Below the pieces are notes generated by a model. That model was not told the DNA's origin, made no database searches, and saw only the letters and a list, made by a program, of their open reading frames with translations. Shown piece after piece: positions 1-9,100 of a stretch of 40,000 nucleotides of DNA (position 1 is its first letter; every line of letters begins with the position of its first letter). The translations under genes were made by a program, and so were the position numbers. Location: positions 18,078-58,077 of the forward strand of contig JAHHHO010000021.1 of the NCBI GenBank assembly GCA_019359315.1, in the 5' to 3' direction. Origin of the DNA: Myxacorys californica WJT36-NPBG1 (GTDB lineage Bacteria; Cyanobacteriota; Cyanobacteriia; Leptolyngbyales; Leptolyngbyaceae).

Positions 1-1
1 T

Positions 2-706
2 TTCAGCTATTTGGCGAGGAGTATTGCAAATGCTGTTTCCTCAACTATTGAACAGGCTTATTTTTCTATTCCTTCTGAGGCGCTGTCTATTAGACAATCG
101 ATACTGCAAAGAGAATCCAGTGTAAATTTGGATAGTTTGCTTGATTTTTGCTGGGGAGTTGGCATTCCAGTGGTTCATTTTGACAAGCAACCCGATGGGC
201 ATGTCAAATCGGATGGTTTAGTTGTTATGTCTGGAAGACGACCCGTTATTCTAATTGGTTCTTCCCGTAAGCAATCTGCTTGGCTACTTTTTATATTGGC
301 TCACGAATTGGGACATATTGCGAAAGGGCATCTTCAAGAAGGCATTTTGGTAGATGAATCCTTTCTGCGTGGTGTGAATGATGATGAAGAGGACACTGCC
401 AATCAATTTGCTGCTCAGCTTTTATTTGGAGATGTCCCTCTTCAATGGGCTGCAAATCTTAATAAAAATCGGTTACTAGCAAAGGCTAGATGTTTAAGTG
501 AGGAGCACAATCTTGATTCTGGTGCTCTTATCCTTAACTATGGTTGGCAGACGAAGAATTGGGGATGTGCTGTAGCAGCCTTGAACTTGCTAGAGCCTAC
601 TGCTAAGGCTCCAGCTCGAATCAATGCCTACTACCAGCGTCACTTAGTCAGTATTGATGAAGATAGGCGAGATTACCTTCAACAAGTGGATGTTTTAGCC
701 GCCTGA
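2..706 (+). CDS. ImmA/IrrE-family zinc metallopeptidase domain protein (partial; N-terminus lies upstream of the window)
   Basis: HEXXH zinc-binding motif in 'LFILAHELGHIAKGH'. The frame is open from nt 2, so the TTG at 11 is only the first in-window start. Stop at 704-706. Confidence 0.7.
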   Translation, partial: FSYLARSIANAVSSTIEQAYFSIPSEALSIRQSILQRESSVNLDSLLDFCWGVGIPVVHFDKQPDGHVKSDGLVVMSGRRPVILIGSSRKQSAWLLFILAHELGHIAKGHLQEGILVDESFLRGVNDDEEDTANQFAAQLLFGDVPLQWAANLNKNRLLAKARCLSEEHNLDSGALILNYGWQTKNWGCAVAALNLLEPTAKAPARINAYYQRHLVSIDEDRRDYLQQVDVLAA

Positions 707-796
707 TAAAGTCTTTAGACTGTCTGGGTAGTGCGGTAGTCTTCGACCCAATCTCACTTCTCAAAGGGAACCTGATAAACAATGGTAGGTCATGCT

Positions 797-1093
797 CTAA
801 AGAAGTGTGGGATAAGTAACGAAATCTGCCCAAGCCCAAGACATATCCGTTAATCCCGCTCGCTGTGCTGCTGTCGTTCCCAACTGCCAATGCTGCCAAA
901 TCCAATTGAAGTAACTGACCACCAACCGCACCGTCACCTCCGTTTGCTGCTAAATGTTGCCAAACTTGTTTTGTCGTCGATGCCAGCGTCCGGTTTGTTG
1001 TCGCAAAATTCCATTGATGCGCTTATTTCGTTGCGTCAATGTCTTACCAATGTAGTGGTCCACCTGTGCACCGAACACTCGCTGATACCCGCC
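797..1093 (-). pseudogene. IS1-family (InsB-like) transposase remnant, C-terminal part, split by the ISL3 insertion (continues at ~2938-3005)
   Basis: After removing the ISL3 element plus one copy of its target duplication, the minus strand reads '...CCEWDTDGWGGYQRVFGAQVDHYIGKTLTQRNKRINGILRQQTGRWHRRQNKFGNI*QQTEVTVRLVVSYFNWIW...'. This is colinear with the IS1 InsB C-terminal signature TDGW..Y....H...K..TQ.IE..N..LRQ...R..R. There is an in-frame TAG at 950-952. Only about 130 C-terminal codons remain. Confidence 0.5.
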
Positions 1094-2930
1094 TATTAGA
1101 CGACAGCTACAATTGGCTCTTCCGAGCTTTTGGTGAAGCTGAGAAAACGATTGCTGCACTACGTTGAGCTTGCCGTTATGCAGTCATAATGAAGCGCTTC
1201 GCGAGTAGCTCTAAGCCGGCTCTGCCGTACATCTGTCGCTTCAGCAGCTTCAACTTGTTGTTCAAGCCTTCGACAGGGCCGTTGCTAAACTCTGTCATTA
1301 GGCTAGCTTTGACCGCAGCATAGTCATCAAATAACCCTTTGGCAAACGTTTGCAAAGGTTTGAGAGCACAGCTTGCTGCCTTTAGCAGCCAGTCATCGAA
1401 CGCGCCTGCCTGCCGTTGTCTTAACAGTTGCAAGAACTCATCAGCTACCTCAACCAACAGCGTCAAGTCCGGATGCTGCTGCATAACCCGCTCTAGTAGA
1501 TCAGTCTCTTCTGCCTGACGATTTTCTGGATTGAGTCCGACCAAGTAGGCGGCTTGACGTGGGGTGAAGGGTGGCGACTGCGGGTCAAGGACTTTGGGCA
1601 ACGCCTGAGCAACCTTAATCCTAACGGGTGGTAGACCCTGTACTTTGCGCAGTCCACTAATGTAGCGTTGTAGGGTACGAAGAGAGCCTTCAAAGCCGCA
1701 AGGTTTGAGCAATTTCATCAGGATGCCAGGCTCTCTAATACCCGAGTTCCACCAGTTCAAAAGCTGTGGCTTGTATGGATCGAGTAGACTGCGCCCGAAA
1801 GTGGGACGGCGAGCGGGTATCTCGGGAAAATCTGGCAAGCTACTGTAGCGTTCAACGCTCTTGAGGCTAACGCCTAACTTCTGAGCAATCGCGGTTTGAG
1901 TCCATCCCTGTGCCCGGAAGGATTTGATCGTCTTCTGGTGTTCTATTTTTCGTTGCTGGTTCTGTCGTATTTGTTGCTGCGACTTCTCCGCGGCGGTTGG
2001 CTGTGGGACAGCCACGACGGTTTCTTCAGGAGCGTCTGCGACGGTGGCTTGATGCTGCGATTGTTCAGCCGCTTTTAGCTCACTGCGGTAGCTCCCAAAA
2101 GCTTGCTCTAAGGTTTCACTCAAGTTCTTGACCAAGTGAAAGCGATCTGCAACTTGTCTGGACTCAGGTGCGCCTTCGGTCATCGCACTTTTATAGGTTT
2201 TGGAGCGGTCGCGTGAGAGCACTTCTATACCAGGGTGAGCCTGTAGCCACTCGATCAAGGTTTTTGCCTTACGGTCTGCCAGTAAGGCAATCGGTTGATG
2301 CGTTTCCAGATTAACCAAGATAGTGCCGTAATTGTGGCCTTTGCGGAAGGCAAAGTCATCGACGCCCAATACCTTGGGGGTTGTAAAGTCTGGCAGTGGC
2401 AGTCGCTGAAGATGGTTCAGCAGGGTACTGCCGCAGATCGCATAACCCAGGCAATTGCCTAATCGAGCACCTGCGGCACCCGCCAGCGCTAAGCCGATTG
2501 ACTGTAACCGCTGTATCAATCGCACGATCTTTCTCCCCCAAGGGGCGGCCACTTGAGGCAGCCGCTCTGTAAAGATGCGGCGGCGGCACTCAGAGTTTGG
2601 ACAGAAAAACTTACACACTTGAAGAATGAGTCTAAGCCTGAAATGGACGCAGGGTAGGTCAGCTAGCGTTCGCTCATAGTGGCTATGTATACGGTGAGTC
2701 AGACCACCGCACAGCGGACAGGGAACTATCGTTTGCGTAGAGGAAAGATTCAGCAAGAGGCAATCGCCTGACTCAATGGCGTAGCTTTCCAAACGTAGCA
2801 GACTAGTACTGGGCAACAGAGCTTGAAGGAATTCCATGGGCAGATCACTGAAAGGGGTGATCTATAGTTTCCTCCCTACTTCTCGGCTTCACCAAAAGCT
2901 CGGAAGAGCCGGAAATAGCTGTCGTCTAAC
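1094..2930 (-). mobile_element. Apparently intact ISL3-family insertion sequence (~1.84 kb)
   Basis: Imperfect terminal inverted repeats at 1096-1139 and 2886-2929 (39/44 identical, 5-nt central mismatch block). They are flanked by the 7-bp direct repeat ACCCGCC (1087-1093 and 2931-2937). A single full-length transposase ORF lies inside. Confidence 0.85.
1176..2837 (-). CDS. ISL3-family transposase
   Basis: 553 aa. The N-terminal zinc-finger pattern 'CPLCGGLTHRIHSH...CKFFCPNSECRRRIFTERLP' and the overall architecture are typical of ISL3 (IS204/IS1001/IS1096/IS1165-type) transposases. No internal stops. Confidence 0.85.
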   Translation of the reverse strand: MEFLQALLPSTSLLRLESYAIESGDCLLLNLSSTQTIVPCPLCGGLTHRIHSHYERTLADLPCVHFRLRLILQVCKFFCPNSECRRRIFTERLPQVAAPWGRKIVRLIQRLQSIGLALAGAAGARLGNCLGYAICGSTLLNHLQRLPLPDFTTPKVLGVDDFAFRKGHNYGTILVNLETHQPIALLADRKAKTLIEWLQAHPGIEVLSRDRSKTYKSAMTEGAPESRQVADRFHLVKNLSETLEQAFGSYRSELKAAEQSQHQATVADAPEETVVAVPQPTAAEKSQQQIRQNQQRKIEHQKTIKSFRAQGWTQTAIAQKLGVSLKSVERYSSLPDFPEIPARRPTFGRSLLDPYKPQLLNWWNSGIREPGILMKLLKPCGFEGSLRTLQRYISGLRKVQGLPPVRIKVAQALPKVLDPQSPPFTPRQAAYLVGLNPENRQAEETDLLERVMQQHPDLTLLVEVADEFLQLLRQRQAGAFDDWLLKAASCALKPLQTFAKGLFDDYAAVKASLMTEFSNGPVEGLNNKLKLLKRQMYGRAGLELLAKRFIMTA

Positions 2931-3018
2931 ACCCGCCCCAACCATCGGTATCCCACTCACAACACGCTGTTTTGCCTTCGGTACTGACGGTTTTGGGACT
3001 CAATACTGGTCAATGCTT

Positions 3019-3387
3019 CCAGATTCTTGAAGAGCACAATAATTGGATAAATTCTATTGCTTTTAGTCCTGATGGTTCAGTGTTTGCAAGCGGTGATATT
3101 GGTCAAACAATAAAGTTATGAGATATGAGAACATTTCAGTGTCTCAGAACTCTGCAAGGAGACAGCCGAGGAACTGCGCCGATCGCTTTTAGCTCTGACA
3201 ATCAAACTTTGGTTAGCGGTGGTGGACACGATGCAACTATTAGGGTAGGAATGTTCAGACAGGAGCGTGTCCAATGGTCCTACGTGCACTTAGACCTTAT
3301 GAGGGTATGAATATCATTGATGTTACAGGATTAACTGAGGCTCAGAAAGCGTCACTAATTGCTTTAGGGGCTATAGAGTCGGAGTGA
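3019..3387 (+). pseudogene. 3' remnant of a WD40-repeat protein gene (nonsense plus 1-nt deletion, 5' end lost to transposon insertion)
   Basis: It reads 'FQILEEHNNWINSIAFSPDGSVFASGDIGQTIKL*DMRTFQCLRTLQG...SGGGHDATIRV', then in another frame '(W)NVQTGACPMVLRALRPYEGMNIIDVTGLTEAQKASLIALGAIESE*'. The TGA at 3119-3121 replaces the Trp of the canonical 'KLWD' blade end. A missing T in the next 'VW' Trp codon (~3250) shifts the frame. The tail 'RPYEGMNI..VTGLTEAQKA.L.ALGA' is the usual C-terminus of cyanobacterial WD40 proteins. Confidence 0.75.
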
Positions 3388-3426
3388 GAGTGGCAGAAGA
3401 GGGCGATCTCTTCTGTCAACATGCTC

Positions 3427-5634
3427 TTATATTAGGGTTTGAAGGATCTCCCTAATAACTCCACTTTTGCCGCGACAGGCTACGGGTAGCACCTGTCCTG
3501 CAAGGGTACTATCTCTTTGGAGTTCAGAGACAATACTGCTAAGGTCGTGTCCCATATACCCGGTAATAACAACAATCAGGTTGCAATTGCTAATTCTGCT
3601 CTGAACATTACTACGGCTAATGTATGCATCACTGGAAGGCGCTACTTCGACAACCTCTTGTATTCGATAAGTTGAAGTTAATTCCCGAATCACTTCGCGT
3701 CGAGTTGCCTCATGCCCACCAACCAATGCCAAACGTAGAGACGAAAGGTCAGGCACAGTCTCTTCGCTGTCCTTAGAGGAATGAGCTTGGATACCAAGCT
3801 TTGTTGCTTCATCTCTGCTCTGTTGCTGGTATTCAATGAGTTGAGGGACGATATCTGGGCTGAGGTAATAAAGAGCACGTTTTAAGTCTTGGAAAAAAGG
3901 CTCTTCGGAACGACCTTGCCGTATAGCGTTATCAATTTCTTCGATCGCAATTCCTTGATACTCATTAGCCAGACTCGAACGTAGTTTTGGCAGAAGAGCA
4001 ATATAGGGTTCAAGCCCTTCCAAAAGTTCAAAGTGCTGTCCACGGTTGATTTGTTGACTTGCAGCAATAGTGCGTAAGTGGGCTAACTCAAGCTCTAGGT
4101 CATCCATCCACTGCTGGTTAGCTAGCCAATCCAGCCAATCGGCATAAGCAATGATGAATTTATCTAATCGATTTACTTGTTTCCAGAGCTTTGCTCGCTC
4201 TTTCAGGATGTCCTCAGCATTGGGTAGAGTAGCAACTCTTGAACCTGCTACCTCAATGCACTCCTCATAGTAACTAACCTCCTGCTCATTAGATATATCG
4301 CCAAAACCTCCCAAAGATGAGAGTGTGGCAATGTTCGCTCTGTCTTCAAGTGACAAATGCTCAGGGGCAATATCTAAAAGAATTAAATAAATTTCTGCTG
4401 CATCTTCAGGATTACCCTCTGTAGACCAAAGACGAGCTAAAGGCAGTAGTATTTCATATTGACGCTCTCCTGCTTGCCAAGCACTCTCTAGAAGCGGTCT
4501 AGCTTGAGATCTTTGCCCCATTGCATAAAGGGCTGCGCCCTTTAAGCCAGCTAAAGTGGAAGGGAGTGTAGCAATCGGTTCTGGTAGAAAGTCAATGACT
4601 TCTTTAAAGCGGCTACCAGATAGCAGGAGTTCTACCTGTCGAACTTTGACAGTATCCTGATCTTTTTCAGTTTTAACAGGAATTGATTGGTACAGTTCTA
4701 AAGCCTTGTCTTCCTCTCCGACTGCTGTATAGGCTGCTGCTAAATCAAGTAAAACAGAAGTTGATTGGGGATGTTTGACCTTCAATGCCTCTAGCTGAGG
4801 AATACGCTCTCCAGGTTCCACCTTCACTAATTGAGCCAGTTGCTCACTAAGAGTAGCATCGGCTACTTGTTCCATAGGCTCTTGCGGCTTGAGCGCCTGG
4901 TGCAGGAGCCGCCGTACTCCATCGGCCTGACGAATACGCTCCAATTCAGGTAGAAACTCTTGAGCGATTTGCTGGGCTGAAAGCATCAACTCTGGCATAT
5001 TTTCTTGCTGAGCCTCTTGCAGGTAGGCAGAGACAATCTGTTCAACCAACCTTCCAGAGACAGGTAAGGCTAAAATTTCATCGCGCTTGGTTGAACAAAG
5101 TTCGATGATTTGAGCTGCTTTAGCGGTACGAGTGTAAAGGGTAATCAAAGCACGCAAAGCATTGCCGTCACCAGAACTCGATTGCTGAAGTAATCGTTCT
5201 TCCGCTTCTACGATTTGCCCTTGGCTAATTTGTTGCTCTAAACGGCTTGGATTAATGCTTTGTACAGTACTGGTTGGCCGTGGAATATCCTCATTAAGTT
5301 GTTTGAGAATGTTGCGAAATTGAGTTTGCCAGGATTTGAACGTTTGAACTGCTTTTGCTGATTGTTCGGAGTAGTCAGCTTCTACCTTAGAAGTATTGAG
5401 AAGATAGGCTGCTTCAATGGATGACCACGTTTGCCTTAGATTTTCCTCAGTAGTGGTGACGTAGACGAAATGGGTGTACTCTCCATGATGGGAGGGCATT
5501 AATTTAGTAGCCTTGAATTGTTCCCGAATTGCCCGGTGTAACTCCTCTGCCTGTAGCTCACTAATGCATTTAAGGCGTAATCCTATCTGGTCAGCACCTC
5601 CAAGTTTTGGAACAATCTCATACTGAAATTTCAT
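3427..5634 (-). CDS. Large helical-repeat (TPR-like) protein with a C-terminal DUF2325-like domain; last gene of the helicase-PLD operon
   Basis: 735 aa. The centre has TPR-like helical repeats (e.g. 'AAAYTAVGEEDKALELYQS', 'GAALYAMGQRSQARPLLESAWQ', 'PEDAAEIYLILLDIAP'). The C-terminal ~100 aa 'LRLALVGGHEATRREV...CNLIVVITGYMGHDLSS...ACRGKSGV' resemble DUF2325. Its start overlaps the upstream PLD gene stop by 4 nt (5631-5634). Confidence 0.55.
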   Translation of the reverse strand: MKFQYEIVPKLGGADQIGLRLKCISELQAEELHRAIREQFKATKLMPSHHGEYTHFVYVTTTEENLRQTWSSIEAAYLLNTSKVEADYSEQSAKAVQTFKSWQTQFRNILKQLNEDIPRPTSTVQSINPSRLEQQISQGQIVEAEERLLQQSSSGDGNALRALITLYTRTAKAAQIIELCSTKRDEILALPVSGRLVEQIVSAYLQEAQQENMPELMLSAQQIAQEFLPELERIRQADGVRRLLHQALKPQEPMEQVADATLSEQLAQLVKVEPGERIPQLEALKVKHPQSTSVLLDLAAAYTAVGEEDKALELYQSIPVKTEKDQDTVKVRQVELLLSGSRFKEVIDFLPEPIATLPSTLAGLKGAALYAMGQRSQARPLLESAWQAGERQYEILLPLARLWSTEGNPEDAAEIYLILLDIAPEHLSLEDRANIATLSSLGGFGDISNEQEVSYYEECIEVAGSRVATLPNAEDILKERAKLWKQVNRLDKFIIAYADWLDWLANQQWMDDLELELAHLRTIAASQQINRGQHFELLEGLEPYIALLPKLRSSLANEYQGIAIEEIDNAIRQGRSEEPFFQDLKRALYYLSPDIVPQLIEYQQQSRDEATKLGIQAHSSKDSEETVPDLSSLRLALVGGHEATRREVIRELTSTYRIQEVVEVAPSSDAYISRSNVQSRISNCNLIVVITGYMGHDLSSIVSELQRDSTLAGQVLPVACRGKSGVIREILQTLI

Positions 5635-6182
5635 GACAGTTGCATCGCCTGTTCAAAATGTTGCACACAGATTTGTCGTAGCTCGGCGATACTCCGTTCA
5701 TCATGGCAGTAGGTATATAATTCAGCGTTTTGATTAACTCCGCCATCAGTCAGGTTCAAAGAGCCATCGAGCCCACCATAACGACCCACGTAAGCTTTGG
5801 CATGCAATGTAGATAGAACCCGCACTTGAATGCGATCGCTGCGACTAGCCAGCAGTTTCAACGCAGAGTGATAATCTGTATCGCTGCCAACGGTAATGTA
5901 GATTCTTCCACCGTTTGCCGAGATTTGATGGAGTACGTCAAACAAGTGCAGCGAATCCTGCTTAGTCTCCACAACCTCCTGGAATGAGACATAGTAGGGA
6001 TTAGCTAGCCGGAAGTTTGTAACCCAAGGCGCAACAATCCAAAATTCATAGTCACCTCCCAGCTGAGAGGCAAGCACCTCGTTCAGCAGGAAGTTGTAAA
6101 TCATTGCTTGACCACTACGTTGTAGGGTCGATCGCTTTGCCATAGGATAGACCTCACTCAATAGGACGTACAGTAACTTCAA
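5631..6182 (-). CDS. PLD-superfamily (Nuc/DrmC/DpdK-like) nuclease
   Basis: Single HKD-type motif 'LHAKAYVGRYGGLDGSLNLTDGG' (HxK ... GSxN). The likely true start is ATG at 6143 ('MAKRSTLQ'), 10 nt after the helicase stop at 6154-6156 and preceded by GAGG. Confidence 0.7.
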   Translation of the reverse strand: MKLLYVLLSEVYPMAKRSTLQRSGQAMIYNFLLNEVLASQLGGDYEFWIVAPWVTNFRLANPYYVSFQEVVETKQDSLHLFDVLHQISANGGRIYITVGSDTDYHSALKLLASRSDRIQVRVLSTLHAKAYVGRYGGLDGSLNLTDGGVNQNAELYTYCHDERSIAELRQICVQHFEQAMQLS

Positions 6183-9100
6183 TGATGGGCGGCTGATTAA
6201 CCGTCAGGTCAGTTGGATAAATGGTTTGAATATCAGTGATCATGGGATAGACCATACCCAAATCTGTGTCGATTCCAGCATCGGTTAGGTAACTGATCGC
6301 CGCACAAAGAGAGGAGAGGCGATCGCTAGGGACACGGAGGTAAACTGCCTGATACCCTTTCTCCAGCAAGAGTCGAATCTGCTCAGAGATAGGAGTGGGT
6401 GATACTGTTGGGTCACCGATACCATCATCCAAGTTCAAGGTTTGGTTAGAGCGGGCTTGAGTTAGCCAGTCGCTGAGTAGAGAACGGTTCAGGAGATTAC
6501 GACTCAGTCCAGGAGCTTCAATATCGCCGCCCCGATCATCCAGACAACTTGGGCAGCTACAACGGCAATTTATCAGCATCCGTCGTTCTACGGCTGATTC
6601 AAATGCTCGACGTACTTCTGCTGTGTTCGAGTTGTATTCAAGTCTATACAAACGAAGCAAACGGGTGAGTTCAGGATAGGGTGATGAAGTATCTGGCTGA
6701 CTTAGAGCAGATGCAATTGTGCGATAGAGGGTAGCTCTTGCTTCCGCAAAGGATGGCTCACGACCAAATTGCTGAGTGCAGGTAGGAAGAAAAACTTGAT
6801 TAATTTCTCTGAAAATACACCAGTTTATCAGGCGACTCCCGTCAATTTGCTGAGCGTAGTCAGGGATAAAGACCCTGAGTAATGCTTTCAGATGTTTCTG
6901 CTGAACAATAACCTGCATTCGCTGGCGGACTTCAGACAATAATGCCTCGATCGCAACTTGGCGATCGCTAGAACTGCGAGATTGAATCAGCGCATCAACC
7001 AGTACCTCACATTGGGCTAGCCAGTCTTCGGGTTGAGCCAATAGATGACGAAGAAACGCTTCTTCCTGGGCAGTGGGGCAATAGGTCATTCGGTGCGCCA
7101 GAGTTGTCCAGAAACGGTCTGGGTTCTTCCGAAGCAGGTCTTGAGTTGCCCGCATTACCCCAATACCACCCATACCAATTTCATAAAGCCAGATACGATT
7201 GTCAGTCCGGTTATCAAAGTCAAGCCGCAGTCTAGTCCAAGCAGAAACGTAATTTAGAGCCTCGACCCCTGCGACCTCCTGGGCAACTTGCTTCAAAGCC
7301 TGAGTCAGGCTGTACTGGAAACTATCATAAAGATAGTCCTGGTAAAGATCCCCGTTGGTTTGTATCTCCTCATAAAGATCCAGAAAGACTGCCAAATAAT
7401 TATTAGGGCTGGTAATCAGTTGCAGAACGGCTTCACGTTTCTTCGGCGACAACTGGTGGATTTCATTAATGGCTTGAATAGATCGGCGGTTAAACTCGTT
7501 GTTGCCTGCAACAAACCAGGCTCGCATCCCTTCTAGAGTGCCTCCTTGTTGGTGACACCAACCATCTGCAACGGTTAGAAGGACATCTGCTAAGTTTTCC
7601 GCAGCAAAATAGTTTTCCCTATACTCATCCTCAATAGTCAATTTCGTGATAAAAGCGTGGCGAATTGCATTACTCCGAAAATTGGCGCGAGTAGAAAATG
7701 AGAGTATGGCATCTGAGATAGCATCGGGTTTGATTTCAACACTGATACCTTCAGTAATGAGTTGATACCCCAATGCACAGTTACTCATATTATTCTCATT
7801 AGCTGTAAAGCCAACAACCCCTCTGATGTCGTCTGCTCTCGACTCATGGAATTTCAACGTATACTGGCTACCGAGAATGATGCGACGAACATCCAAGAGA
7901 TTCAAGTTATCCGGTTCATCGCTATACAACACAATTTCCTGAACTAAATTTTCCCCAAGACTGTCACATGAGACGGATTGATTGCTTGTTTTAAGTGTGT
8001 ATTTAGCTGTTGGGGTATCACCTATAGGTCGGACATAGATGGCACTGATGGACTGTGCTGAGCAGGAGTGAGCTAGTTGAACCATATCCTGCGGCGCATC
8101 TTGTTGGCTACGGCATTCACTCAATTCTCCTGTATCAGGATTGCAGTACCAGAACGAAGAGTTGTAATCCCGGCTGAACTGTTTGGGTTCAATTTGAGTA
8201 GGACGATAAACTGTCAAAAATTTTCCACTGCGAGGCGTAATCCCAACTAACTTGAGTGCTCGTTTAGGCAGATTAGCAGTGCTTGGATTATTCTCAATCT
8301 GGTCTTTTGCAGTGTAGTACTGGTTCAGAGGTAGCAGAGACTGCCCATCCGCAAGAAGAGGTGGTATCCATGTCGAGCCTTCGCCACCCCGAAAGGTTAC
8401 ATTACCAGGGATCGTCTCACTGATAGCCAAACTAATACTCTCTGGATCAAGCCGTTTGTTGAAGCGGTGATCATCAGGGCGATAGTCTACCCGAACTTCT
8501 GGCAGATTGATGTCTGAGAATAGATTATCAGGCAGATGTTGAGTTAGCCTCTCACGCGCCTTAACCATTGGCTTGTTCTCTCGATCAAATTCTGGATGTA
8601 CTGCTGTCATCAAGCCTTCGCAAAAGATGCTCCAGAGGAACCCATCTGAGTCAGGATCGCCCAGAACTCTCAGTAAAGCGTCGTTATCAACGATCGCGAA
8701 CGATTCCTGTAAGTAGTCCTTAAAAGCAAACATCATGCCTGCATTGGCTGTTTGGTCTAACAGGTACTGATAACCCTGCCGCGACAGCCTCTCTAGATTG
8801 AGTTCTACACCCGCAAGATTTGCTCGGTAAGCCAACCAATCAAATAGTGCATAGAATCCATGGATTCGTTGAAGATAGCGATTTTGAGCATTGAGAGGCA
8901 GCTTCTGAAATGTGGGATCTGTCAGTACATGCTCGTTGCGAAACAGAAATAAATCTGTTGGTTTATAAGGACTAAGAACTGTAGCTACGATCGGTCGTGT
9001 GCCTACTTTTCGCCCACCTCTTCCCTTACGTTGAACAAAGCTGGCAACATTAGCAGGTGCGGTGTATTGAATAACGCACATGAGTGCTTCATCGTCGTAG

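Noticed and set aside
648-1159. ORFs 648-905 (-), 890-1099 (+) and 950-1159 (-), plus 2836-3030 (+), as genes
   Set aside because: They run across IS termini or through the IS1-like remnant. ORF 950-1159 fuses the ISL3 inverted repeat to the remnant. None is an independent gene.
3394-3415. Hairpin CAGAAGAG-GGCGAT-CTCTTCTG between the convergent WD40 remnant and the TPR gene, as a possible bidirectional terminator
   Set aside because: The stem is only 8 bp and neither strand has a U-tract. That is not enough to call an intrinsic terminator.
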